Shown in pieces: positions 15,728 to 28,477 of a stretch of DNA of 64,000 bases. Source of the stretch: Eledone cirrhosa (Eukaryota); the NCBI GenBank assembly GCA_964016885.1, contig CAXHJY010001571.1, forward strand, positions 62,001 through 126,000, in the 5' to 3' direction. Under the pieces are notes generated by a model that worked only from the letters and a program-made list of their open reading frames with translations, did no database searches and was not told the origin of the DNA. Both the position numbers and the translations under genes were made by a program. How positions within the stretch are numbered: the first letter of the stretch is position 1; each line of letters begins with the position of its first letter.

Positions 15728-16124
15728 CACACATACATGCACACACACATACATACACATACACACATACACACACACATATGCACATACACACAATATA
15801 TATATACACACACACACATATATATATACATACACATACATCCAGATACACACATACATACACACACACACACATATATATATATATATGTGTACATACA
15901 CATATATACACACATATACATACACATATATATACACACACCCACACATACATACACACACACACATATATATACATACACACATACAAACACACACACA
16001 CACACACACATATATATACACACACACACACACACATATATATATACACATACGCATACATCCAGATACACACATACATACACACACACACACACACACG
16101 CCCACACAATACATACATCAACAT

Positions 16125-16191
<67 letters not shown>

Positions 16192-18856
16192 TACACCCAC
16201 ACACAGAGAAATGGCCTCCAAATATATATATATACATACATACACATATATTTTTTCCATAATATAAGAAGTTGGGACAGTGAAATTAAAATACAAGTCA
16301 TTCTGATCACATTGAGTTCTTCATGTAGATTGGGCCCCGCAACCGACAGTGGTGAATTCTGTGTGCGCATATATATATATATATATATGTGTGTGCACGT
16401 GCACGGTTTAACATGGATTGGTTGGTCACACAAAGGCATGGTCTGTCAACGAATAAACCTGATTCTACAGAATTGGTCTCTGGTCTTTAATAGTAGTGAT
16501 AATTATATACATGCACACATACAAACACATATATCTGTCACTCCGTGCGTATGTGTGTTTATATTTTATGACAATTCTATTGGGGTGATAACCCGTTTAG
16601 TTTTGGTTTAAATTTGTTAAGGAATAGATTTTCTTTGTTTATTCTTTGTTGCTGTGTGAACGAATCTGAGCACTTGTAGAAGGGGAAGATTTTAAAGTTG
16701 GGTAGTGTCATTCCTGCGCAGTTCGCAATATGGCTGCTCAAGGTGATTTTTCTTGTGTTAGCGTCCCGGATTTGTTGGCGGTGGATGGTCATTCTTTTGC
16801 GTAATGAGGTGCTCGTCTGTCCTATGTAGTTGTGTTTGCACCCACCGCAAGTTATTGCGTAAATCAAGTTCTCCGAGTTGCAGGTGAAATTGTTTTTTAC
16901 TGTAAATGTTTGGCCATCTTTAAATGTAAATGTTTGTCCTTCAGTGAGGTAGAGGCACGTTCCACAGTTTGTTCTACCACATTTGGTAACTGTAGGGTTG
17001 AGGATTGGTTTGGGTATATTTGGTCCAGTGAGAATGCGTTTTAGTGATTTGGGTTGTCTTTTACTTTTAAGGATCTTGTGTGTTTCAAGAATAGACTTCA
17101 TTTTTACATCTTTAAGTAGGATGGGGAGGTTTTTGTGTAGGTGATCAAACATTTCTGTATTTCTGGGGTTGAAAGTGGATACATATGGCAGGGTGTTGAG
17201 TGTGGTTTTCTGTTTTGGATTGTTAAGTTGATGGGGATTTAGGTGTTTTGCCCTGTCTATTCCATTGTTGATTATTTCAAGTGGAAAGGCTCTTAAGATA
17301 AGGGTGTCTTTTAGTTCCTTTAGTCTTTGCTCCCGTTTAGGTGGACCTGATACTATGGTACATATACGTTTGGCCAAATTGTAAGGAATGTTAAGTTTTG
17401 TATGTTTTGGGTGACTTGATGTGAAAAAGAGGTATTGCTTGGAATCTGTGGGTTTATAGAATATATCTGTATCTAATTTCCCGTCTATTACAGAGATGAG
17501 AATATCCAAGAAGGCTAATTCCTTGGGATTGGATTCCATTGTGAATTGTATGTTATTATCTATGTTGTTTATCATGTTTTTAAACCTAGTAAGTGAGTTC
17601 ATGTCTTCTTGCCATAGGATAGACCAGTCGTCTAGATATCTTTTCCAATTGGCTTTGAGGTGTGTGTGGAAAGAGTCTCCAAATAAGAGAAGGGACTGAC
17701 TGTATATTTGTTGTTCATGGAATCCCATGACTAGGTTGGCATATTTGGGTGCTACTTTCGTGCCCATTGCCGTACCTGATACTTGTCTGTATGTTGAACC
17801 ATTGAATGTGAAGTAGTTATTTTGTAGGATAAAGCGGAGTCCGTCAGTGATAAAGTCTTTGTTGATGCGTGTCGGTATTTGTGATGGGTGTGTGTTAAGC
17901 CAGTATTGGACTGCTGTTATTCCATAGTTGTGAGGTATGTTTGTGTAGAGGTTTATTACGTCAAAGGAGACAAGAATTGTATTTGCACTTACTGTTTTAG
18001 GGAGGTGTTTCAGCATGTCAAGGTCATCTCGTATGTAGCTCTGTATATGTTGTAGAAAGGGTTTCAGTAGGATGTCCAGAAAGTTGCTAAGTCTGTGGGT
18101 TTCACATGTAGGGCCTGCTATAATTGGCCTGAGTTTTAGGTCTTCTGGTGGTGTTAGTTCAATGTAATTGTTGGTTGAGGTGTCACATGCATCGTTTATG
18201 GGTTTACATTTGTGGAGTTTCGGTAAGCCGTAAAAAGAGCTTGTATTGCATTTGAAGTGGCTTATATAGTTAAACTCTTTTGTGGTTAAGTTGTTGCGGT
18301 ATTTATTCAGTAAGGTCAAAAGGTTCCCCATTGTTTTGGTGTGTTTGTAGTTTTCTGTTTTTTCATAGTATGTGTTGTTTTCTAAAATGTTAAGTGCGAG
18401 GGTCCTATAGCAGTCCGTATTCATAATGACAACAGTACTGCCTTTATCGGCTTCTTTGATAGTTATCTCAGGGTTGTTTCTAAGTGTGAATAATTCTTGC
18501 CATTCGTGTGTAGATAGGTTTGATTTCGTGTGTTTATTTGTAATTTTTTCATAGGGAAATTTGGTGATGTGTTCGCAGTACGTGTCCAGTGCTTTATTTC
18601 TTCCCTTTTGTGGGCAGAAATTGCTTTTATTTCTAACCAGTGATTCGTCTTCAGTGTTGGTGTCGTTGTGGAAGAATTCCGTTAGTCGCAGCTTTCGGCA
18701 GTATTCCATGATGTCATCCTTCATTTCGGAGAAGTTTGGTTTACGTGGTGTAGGTGTAAATTTCAGGCCCTTACTTAAAATGTTGATTTGTGTGTTGGTT
18801 AGAGGTGTCTTTGAGAGGTTGATTATTTTTGGTTTCTCCTGAGGGGGGGAGGGCCA
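15132..18856 (-). mobile_element. Neptune-type Penelope-like element (ORF, microsatellite-containing 3' UTR, pLTR with HHR variant)
   Basis: RT + GIY-YIG ORF; terminal 15132-15600 homologous to 38624-39685; both ends in (TA)n. Confidence 0.9.
16577..18856 (-). CDS. PLE reverse transcriptase / GIY-YIG endonuclease, 759 aa open, no start codon (probably 5'-truncated)
   Basis: [63 protein letters not shown]-x4-C-x2-C linker, [22 protein letters not shown]. Confidence 0.92.
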   Translation of the reverse strand, partial: WPSPPQEKPKIINLSKTPLTNTQINILSKGLKFTPTPRKPNFSEMKDDIMEYCRKLRLTEFFHNDTNTEDESLVRNKSNFCPQKGRNKALDTYCEHITKFPYEKITNKHTKSNLSTHEWQELFTLRNNPEITIKEADKGSTVVIMNTDCYRTLALNILENNTYYEKTENYKHTKTMGNLLTLLNKYRNNLTTKEFNYISHFKCNTSSFYGLPKLHKCKPINDACDTSTNNYIELTPPEDLKLRPIIAGPTCETHRLSNFLDILLKPFLQHIQSYIRDDLDMLKHLPKTVSANTILVSFDVINLYTNIPHNYGITAVQYWLNTHPSQIPTRINKDFITDGLRFILQNNYFTFNGSTYRQVSGTAMGTKVAPKYANLVMGFHEQQIYSQSLLLFGDSFHTHLKANWKRYLDDWSILWQEDMNSLTRFKNMINNIDNNIQFTMESNPKELAFLDILISVIDGKLDTDIFYKPTDSKQYLFFTSSHPKHTKLNIPYNLAKRICTIVSGPPKREQRLKELKDTLILRAFPLEIINNGIDRAKHLNPHQLNNPKQKTTLNTLPYVSTFNPRNTEMFDHLHKNLPILLKDVKMKSILETHKILKSKRQPKSLKRILTGPNIPKPILNPTVTKCGRTNCGTCLYLTEGQTFTFKDGQTFTVKNNFTCNSENLIYAITCGGCKHNYIGQTSTSLRKRMTIHRQQIRDANTRKITLSSHIANCAGMTLPNFKIFPFYKCSDSFTQQQRINKENLFLNKFKPKLNGLSPQ

Positions 18857-18909
18857 TATAAATATATATATAAATATATATATAAATATAAATATATATA
18901 TAAATATAT

Positions 18910-19100
18910 ATAACGAAGGAACTGTGGTAAGGAACCAGGTGGACCATAACGCACCAAAGTACTCAATACTTAGGGTAGTAGAGTGGGTAATAGGAACAAG
19001 TAAGACCCCGACGGCTGAGCTCAAGCCGTTTCGACGGCTAATTCGGTACAGAATTAGCCATCGAAACGGCTTGACCTCAGCCGTCGGGGTCTTACTTGTT

Positions 19101-19105
<5 letters not shown>
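18910..19105 (-). mobile_element. Hairpin-plus-tail element (half-HHR family)
   Basis: Arms 18990-19044 / 19051-19105; each arm carries GAAA-CGGCT(n7)AGCCG-TC-GGGGTC. Confidence 0.85.
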
Positions 19106-19138
<33 letters not shown>

Positions 19139-19153
19139 TAAATATATATATAA

Positions 19154-19305
<152 letters not shown>

Positions 19306-19384
19306 TATAAATGTAAGTATGTATGTATATATATATAAGGAAAGTATATACTTTCGAACGTTCAACCATCTGGCAGAAGGGTAT

Positions 19385-19427
19385 ACGGTGCTGATGATAG
19401 CTAAGAAGCTTGAAACTAGTACATCGT
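19385..19427 (+). ncRNA. Minimal type I hammerhead ribozyme in a approx. 250-bp repeat (19310-19560)
   Basis: ACGGTG-CTGATGA-tAGCTaagaAGCTt-GAAA-CTAG-TA-CATCGT; palindromic stem III ACTAGT. Confidence 0.9.
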
Positions 19428-19576
19428 TCTTGTGTCAGTGTTGAACAAAAAGGTGACGTGGTTGCCTTAACACCGTACGGCATAAATCAGGCTGTCCGTT
19501 TGTTTACAAACGGACAAAGCGGGCGTTATAATAAACGTCCGCTAAACTGATACGTACATATATATATGTGTACCTG

Positions 19577-19612
<36 letters not shown>

Positions 19613-19813
19613 GATAAATCTACCAAGAGTTTACGGTAGTGTCCAATCCGTATAAAGAACTCAATGTAATCCGGATATCATGGAAAGAAGAGATGCAATG
19701 AAAAATCACTTTCGGTGAAAGATAAACGGAATACAGAGTCAAGATAAAATATTAAAAAAATGATGAATAAAACAATGAAACAGTTCCTTATATTAAACAA
19801 AAAAAGTTCATTG

Positions 19814-19953
19814 CTTAACGATCGTTTCTGGGATATATATGTGTTAGAATTGGCATGTATATTTAACAGATCTATGTACAAAATTATACAAAATTATACA
19901 AACTATCAAAATTAAATATACATATCAACTCATATATATGCCGTCTTCAGAAG
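19814..19953 (-). ncRNA. HHR-like motif with greatly enlarged stem II loop
   Basis: Minus strand: CTT-CTGAAGA-cggcATATATATG..(approx. 90 nt)..CATATATATccca-GAAA-CGATCG-TT-AAG. Confidence 0.5.
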
Positions 19954-19958
19954 GGTAT

Positions 19959-20001
19959 ACGGTGCTGATGATAGCTAAGAAGCTTGAAACTAGTACATCG
20001 T
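19959..20001 (+). ncRNA. Minimal type I hammerhead ribozyme (second copy)
   Basis: Identical to 19385-19427. Confidence 0.9.
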
Positions 20002-20395
20002 TCCTGTGTCAGTGTTGAACAAAAAGGTGACGTGGTTACCTTAACACCGTACGGCATAAATCAGGCTGTCCGTTTGTTTACAAACGGACAAAGCGGGCGT
20101 TATAATAAACGTCCGCTAAACTGATACATACATATATATATATGTGTACCTGTATGTATATATATATATATGCATGCTACTGTACGTCTGTATACATATA
20201 TGTATGTACATATACATACATACTTACATTTAAGTAAGTGCCGTACTAAGAGTGAGAAATGAAATTTCGTTTCATTCTATTACAACTTATAAATATATAT
20301 ATATTTATTAAATAACTTTGGATTTTAGTCTTCAAATTTATTATTATTACTAAATATAAATATATAAATATAAATATATATATAAATATATATAT

Positions 20396-20506
<111 letters not shown>

Positions 20507-20585
20507 TATAAATGTAAGTATGTATGTATATATATATAAGGAAAGTATATACTTTCGAACGTTCAACCATCTGGCAGAAGGCTAT

Positions 20586-20628
20586 ACGGTGCTGATGATA
20601 GCTAAGAAGCTTGAAACTAGTACATCGT
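20586..20628 (+). ncRNA. Minimal type I hammerhead ribozyme (third copy)
   Basis: Identical to 19385-19427. Confidence 0.9.
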
Positions 20629-20777
20629 TCCTGTGTCAGTGTTGAACAAAAAGGTGACGTGGTTGCCTTAACACCGTACGGCATAAATCAGGCTGTCCGT
20701 TTGTTTAAAAACGGACAAAGTGGGCGTTATAATAAACGTCCGCTAAAAAGATACGTACATATATATATGTGTACCTG

Positions 20778-20863
<86 letters not shown>

Positions 20864-20914
20864 TATTGGCAACATGACCCACCCAAAGTATAACAATATA
20901 TATATATATATAAT

Positions 20915-21130
20915 ATAAGATCAAAAGATGGTTAAAGGAGTTCCATATATTTTATTATGCGCATTTCAAAAACAAACATCATCAAACAATAATATTTGTG
21001 ATTTCATCAGATAACACAGGAGAACATGATATGAAGGCTAAAAAAACACTTGTTGATAGTGCAGTTTTAAATCAACATATCATATGTTGATTAAATGTTG
21101 ATTAAATCAACATATCATATGTTGATTAAA
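20915..21130 (-). mobile_element. Solo diverged pLTR of Naiad family C with HHR and nested short hairpins
   Basis: Homologous to 49918-50083; minus-strand CTGATGA...GAAATGCGCATA; duplicated AATCAACATAT-c-ATATGTTGATT hairpin at 21070-21128. Confidence 0.8.
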
Positions 21131-21413
21131 TTAATTAAATTAAATTAAATAGAAAATAGAAAATATGAGTGGAACAGCAACATCACAACTTACAATTAAG
21201 GATAAAATGAAAACACACAAAAAACACACACACACATAGAACAAACAACCAACCGGTAACATGTAAATAAACAAATAAATAAACAAATATAAACACACAC
21301 ACAGACACCCGGATGTGGCGCATGCGCAGACTGAGCACACAACACACACACAGAAACAAAATGGCGTAGGACAGAACAAAGGAGAGGCACAAAAACAAAG
21401 AAAAGAATCCCCA

Positions 21414-21456
21414 GTCACTGATGAGGTCACAGAATGTGGGACGAAAGAACTTTGAC
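21414..21456 (+). ncRNA. Minimal type I hammerhead ribozyme in pLTR-like repeat (approx. 21160-21672)
   Basis: GTCA-CTGATGA-gGTC(n11)GAC-GAAA-GaaC-TT-TGAC. Confidence 0.7.
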
Positions 21457-21673
21457 AATATATAAACAACTATCTGGGTGTGGAACCAACCAACCAACCA
21501 GAAATTTATAAATTTATAAATTACTAAATTTATAAATTTATTATAATAAATTGAAGTGAAAGCTACTGGTGCGTGTGTTTTTTATTGGCAACATGACTCT
21601 CCCAAAGTATAACAATATCGGTTCCAACACACGATTTCAGATAAAGAATCTTGCTAAACAAATTCAGAAACGA

Positions 21674-21917
<244 letters not shown>

Positions 21918-21924
21918 TATATAT

Positions 21925-21978
21925 GCGGTGCCCCAGCATGGCCTCAGCCGGATGGCTGAAACAGGTAAAAGAGTAAAA
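21925..21978 (+). mobile_element. Isolated 3' terminus of the CR1-like LINE
   Basis: Identical to 37922-37975. Confidence 0.9.
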
Positions 21979-22003
21979 TATATATAAATATATATATATA
22001 TAT

Positions 22004-22073
<70 letters not shown>

Positions 22074-22082
22074 TAAATATAT

Positions 22083-22131
<49 letters not shown>

Positions 22132-22138
22132 TAAATAG

Positions 22139-22170
<32 letters not shown>

Positions 22171-22233
22171 AAATATATATATATATAAATATATATATAA
22201 ATATATATATATATAAATATATATATATATATT

Positions 22234-22305
<72 letters not shown>

Positions 22306-22383
22306 GACATATTTATATATATATATAGATATATTTATATATATATATATAGATATATTTATATATATATATATAGATATATT

Positions 22384-22493
<110 letters not shown>

Positions 22494-22526
22494 ATTTATA
22501 TATATATATTTATATATATATATATA

Positions 22527-25500
22527 TTGGAATAAATGCTCTGAAATAGCGATATATATGTGAATATAGACATAGAATATTCGAAAATATTCTGTATGTT
22601 TATAATAAACATTTTGAAGACCTAATCGCTATAGAATAGAATACGTCACGTATTACAATTAGATTCTCGATAAAAGCAAGGGAAGTAATCTACGCGTTTC
22701 ATTCTTGTTAGAAATCATCAGGACTACATATCCAGTGCTTTTATCGAGAATGACACAGCTAGAGACTTATAGAATACTTAGCTGTGTACAGGAACTGGTT
22801 TGAAAGAGCGGTTGCCGGTCCGGCAGAAATTAGAAATTGGAATAAATGCTCTGAAATAGCGATATATATGTGAATATAGACATAGAATATTCGAAAATAT
22901 TCTGTATGTTTATAATAAACATTTTGAAGACCTAATCGCTATAGAATAGAATACGTCACGTATTACAATTAGATTCTCGATAAAAGCAAGGGAAGTAATC
23001 TACGCGTTTCATTCTTGTTAGAAATCATCAGGACTACATATCCAGTGCTTTTATCGAGAATGACACAGCTAGAGACTTATAGAATACTTAGCTGTGTACA
23101 GGAACTGGTTTGAAAGAGCGGTTGCCGGTCCGGCAGAAATTAGAAATTGGAATAAATGCTCTGAAATAGCGATATATATGTGAATATAGACATAGAATAT
23201 TCGAAAATATTCTGTATGTTTATAATAAACATTTTGAAGACCTAATCGCTATAGAATAGAATACGTCACGTATTACAATTAGATTCTCGATAAAAGCAAG
23301 GGAAGTAATCTACGCGTTTCATTCTTGTTAGAAATCATCAGGACTACATATCCAGTGCTTTTATCGAGAATGACACAGCTAGAGACTTATAGAATACTTA
23401 GCTGTGTACAGGAACTGGTTTGAAAGAGCGGTTGCCGGTCCGGCAGAAATTAGAAATTGGAATAAATGCTCTGAAATAGCGATATATATGTGAATATAGA
23501 CATAGAATATTCGAAAATATTCTGTATGTTTATAATAAACATTTTGAAGACCTAATCGCTATAGAATAGAATACGTCACGTATTACAATTAGATTCTCGA
23601 TAAAAGCAAGGGAAGTAATCTACGCGTTTCATTCTTGTTAGAAATCATCAGGACTACATATCCAGTGCTTTTATCGAGAATGACACAGCTAGAGACTTAT
23701 AGAATACTTAGCTGTGTACAGGAACTGGTTTGAAAGAGCGGTTGCCGGTCCGGCAGAAATTAGAAATTGGAATAAATGCTCTGAAATAGCGATATATATG
23801 TGAATATAGACATAGAATATTCGAAAATATTCTGTATGTTTATAATAAACATTTTGAAGACCTAATCGCTATAGAATAGAATACGTCACGTATTACAATT
23901 AGATTCTCGATAAAAGCAAGGGAAGTAATCTACGCGTTTCATTCTTGTTAGAAATCATCAGGACTACATATCCAGTGCTTTTATCGAGAATGACACAGCT
24001 AGAGACTTATAGAATACTTAGCTGTGTACAGGAACTGGTTTGAAAGAGCGGTTGCCGGTCCGGCAGAAATTAGAAATTGGAATAAATGCTCTGAAATAGC
24101 GATATATATGTGAATATAGACATAGAATATTCGAAAATATTCTGTATGTTTATAATAAACATTTTGAAGACCTAATCGCTATAGAATAGAATACGTCACG
24201 TATTACAATTAGATTCTCGATAAAAGCAAGGGAAGTAATCTACGCGTTTCATTCTTGTTAGAAATCATCAGGACTACATATCCAGTGCTTTTATCGAGAA
24301 TGACACAGCTAGAGACTTATAGAATACTTAGCTGTGTACAGGAACTGGTTTGAAAGAGCGGTTGCCGGTCCGGCAGAAATTAGAAATTGGAATAAATGCT
24401 CTGAAATAGCGATATATATGTGAATATAGACATAGAATATTCGAAAATATTCTGTATGTTTATAATAAACATTTTGAAGACCTAATCGCTATAGAATAGA
24501 ATACGTCACGTATTACAATTAGATTCTCGATAAAAGCAAGGGAAGTAATCTACGCGTTTCATTCTTGTTAGAAATCATCAGGACTACATATCCAGTGCTT
24601 TTATCGAGAATGACACAGCTAGAGACTTATAGAATACTTAGCTGTGTACAGGAACTGGTTTGAAAGAGCGGTTGCCGGTCCGGCATATATATCGCTATTT
24701 CAGAGCATTTATTCCAATTTCTAATTTCTGCCGGACCGGCAACCGCTCTTTCAAACCAGTTCCTGTACACAGCTAAGTATTCTATAAGTCTCTAGCTGTG
24801 TCATTCTCGATAAAAGCACTGGATATGTAGTCCTGATGATTTCTAACAAGAATGAAACGCGTAGATTACTTCCCTTGCTTTTATCGAGAATCTAATTGTA
24901 ATACGTGACGTATTCTATTCTATAGCGATTAGGTCTTCAAAATGTTTATTATAAACATACAGAATATTTTCGAATATTCTATGTCTATATTCACATATAT
25001 ATCGCTATTTCAGAGCATTTATTCCAATTTCTAATTTCTGCCGGACCGGCAACCGCTCTTTCAAACCAGTTCCTGTACACAGCTAAGTATTCTATAAGTC
25101 TCTAGCTGTGTCATTCTCGATAAAAGCACTGAATATGTAGTCCTGATGATTTCTAACAAGAATGAAACGCGTAGATTACTTCCCTTGCTTTTATCGAGAA
25201 TCTAATTGTAATACGTGACGTATTCTATTCTATAGCGATTAGGTCTTCAAAATGTTTATTATAAACATACAGAATATTTTCGAATATTCTATGTCTATAT
25301 TCACATATATATCGCTATTTCAGAGCATTTATTCCAATTTCTAATTTCTGCCGGACCGGCAACCGCTCTTTCAAACCAGTTCCTGTACACAGCTAAGTAT
25401 TCTATAAGTCTCTAGCTGTGTCATTCTCGATAAAAGCACTGGATATGTAGTCCTGATGATTTCTAACAAGAATGAAACGCGTAGATTACTTCCCTTGCTT

Positions 25501-26577
25501 TTATCGAGAATCTAATTGTAATACGTGACGTATTCTATTCTATAGCGATTAGGTCTTCAAAATGTTTATTATAAACATACAGAATATTTTCGAATATTCT
25601 ATGTCTATATTCACATATATATCGCTATTTCAGAGCATTTATTCCAATTTCTAATTTCTGCCGGACCGGCAACCGCTCTTTCAAACCAGTTCCTGTACAC
25701 AGCTAAGTATTCTATAAGTCTCTAGCTGTGTCATTCTCGATAAAAGCACTGGATATGTAGTCCTGATGATTTCTAACAAGAATGAAACGCGTAGATTACT
25801 TCCCTTGCTTTTATCGAGAATCTAATTGTAATACGTGACGTATTCTATTCTATAGCGATTAGGTCTTCAAAATGTTTATTATAAACATACAGAATATTTT
25901 CGAATATTCTATGTCTATATTCACATATATATCGCTATTTCAGAGCATTTATTCCAATTTCTAATTTCTGCCGGACCGGCAACCGCTCTTTCAAACCAGT
26001 TCCTGTACACAGCTAAGTATTCTATAAGTCTCTAGCTGTGTCATTCTCGATAAAAGCACTGGATATGTAGTCCTGATGATTTCTAACAAGAATGAAACGC
26101 GTAGATTACTTCCCTTGCTTTTATCGAGAATCTAATTGTAATACGTGACGTATTCTATTCTATAGCGATTAGGTCTTCAAAATGTTTATTATAAACATAC
26201 AGAATATTTTCGAATATTCTATGTCTATATTCACATATATATCGCTATTTCAGAGCATTTATTCCAATTTCTAATTTCTGCCGGACCGGCAACCGCTCTT
26301 TCAAACCAGTTCCTGTACACAGCTAAGTATTCTATAAGTCTCTAGCTGTGTCATTCTCGATAAAAGCACTGGATATGTAGTCCTGATGATTTCTAACAAG
26401 AATGAAACGCGTAGATTACTTCCCTTGCTTTTATCGAGAATCTAATTGTAATACGTGACGTATTCTATTCTATAGCGATTAGGTCTTCAAAATGTTTATT
26501 ATAAACATACAGAATATTTTCGAATATTCTATGTCTATATTCACATATATATCGCTATTTCAGAGCATTTATTCCAA
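22527..26577. mobile_element. Retrozyme-like 310-bp HHR tandem array 2: about 7 minus units (22527-24685) then about 6.1 plus units (24686-26577)
   Basis: Period 310; 13 HHRs; right half is the reverse complement of 22527-24418; only one variant base noticed (25132). Confidence 0.92.
24827..24869 (+). ncRNA. Minimal type I hammerhead ribozyme (6 plus copies, 7 minus copies in the array)
   Basis: GTAGTC-CTGATGA-tTTCTaacaAGAAt-GAAA-CGCG-TA-GATTAC, enclosed by a 16-bp inverted repeat ATTCTCGATAAAAGCA/TGCTTTTATCGAGAAT. Confidence 0.92.
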
Positions 26578-26619
26578 TATATATAAATATATATATATAA
26601 ATATATATATATAATATAT

Positions 26620-26704
<85 letters not shown>

Positions 26705-26782
26705 AATATATCTATATATATATATATAAATATATCTATATATATATATATAAATATATCTATATATATATATAAATATGTC

Positions 26783-26948
<166 letters not shown>

Positions 26949-26984
26949 TATAAATATATCTATATATATATATATAAATATATC

Positions 26985-27051
<67 letters not shown>

Positions 27052-27182
27052 GCAAAAGTTTTATTTAAGATTGTTGGGTTACAACGAGTAAATATTTTAT
27101 AACTGATATAAAAGCACTCAACAGTTTCTGGAGTAGGTTTACAATATTAAACAAATGGAAACTATATTTATAAAACCATATT

Positions 27183-27248
27183 TATTTCGTTATATATATT
27201 TCTGGGATATCATATTAAAAATATGGTATACCTTCCTCAGACAAAATA
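27183..27248 (-). ncRNA. Type I hammerhead ribozyme in pLTR (mutated plus copy at 29707-29772)
   Basis: TATTTTGT-CTGAGGA-stem II-GAAA-TATATA-TA-ACGAAATA; 8-bp stem I. Confidence 0.8.
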
Positions 27249-28477
27249 CAGTACATAAGCTGTTTTATAAATAATTAGTGACATACCTTGTAATAATGCA
27301 ACTTCCATTTATAAAGTTGATTTGGTAGTGAAACTGTTATGACAGTTATATAGAAAGAAAAACGAAGATGAGAAGAAGAAGATGAAGAGATGTATGTAAA
27401 TAAAAAAAAAGAAGAAGATGAAGAGATGTATGTAAAGAAAAACAACGGAGCGAGATAGAGAGACAAGGAGATATGGGAGAGAGAAATACATTGAGGAGGT
27501 GAAAAAATATAGTAGGCTGCTTTTGGACAGATGATCATCGTATATGTGAGAGGTTAAGGGAAGGGATACAGTTAAACTAGTTTATAGGAGAAAAAGAAAG
27601 AAAGATGATATATTTAAAATATATTAAAAATATATTATGTCTCATCCATTTGAATTATCAATTTTTATGAATTAGGTATTATAATGTAAATATCAGTATT
27701 CATGAATGAGACACATATCCATAATGTGTGAAAAAATGACCACATGCTCAGTTTAAAAATTCTTAGGTCTATAAGCAAAATCTGAGATAAAACTTCAAGC
27801 ATAAGTATATATGCATTCTCGTGAAAAAAAAAGAGAAAAGAGAAGGTTATCTCAAATTCAAGTTGATAAATATAGACGCACATGTGAACCTACGTGATAC
27901 GCTGCACAGATTCTTATATTTCATGAAAAACTTCAATGCGTTACAAAAGATTCCACCCTACATACATTTACATACATATATACATATATATAGACATAAA
28001 ATATATAAGATATACATTAACATCTAAAATAACATTCCAGCCTCACTTGCATGATCATCGATCAAGCATAGAGTAGACAACAGATATCAATATTAAAATT
28101 AAAAACGCCAAGAATATCTTCGTCACTCCACAGAGTATCTAGGGACGCAAGAGAACATAGTATGCCACGCATATCGGTCACATAGAATCAGAATCAAAAG
28201 CAAACAAAACCAAAATTGTTCACCAAGCCTTATTTAGCAGAAATCATTCAAAACTTATTCTACAAATGCTCTTATATTTATTATAGAAGTTTATCCAGCT
28301 TAAAAATTTATTCAAAAGATTGGGAACAACGCCAATTTTAGGGTAGTTTATTTAATCTCATTAATTATATTATATATTCATGCAGAAACGTTTTAAAAAA
28401 AATTGAAGGAATCGAAAGATTTATCGCCAAGTTTCATAAATAGTCAAATACCTTAAGTAAATATACTACATTTTATA

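Noticed and set aside
22527-26577. CRISPR array or ordinary satellite
   Set aside because: No unique spacers; eukaryotic context; each unit carries an HHR and the array inverts once
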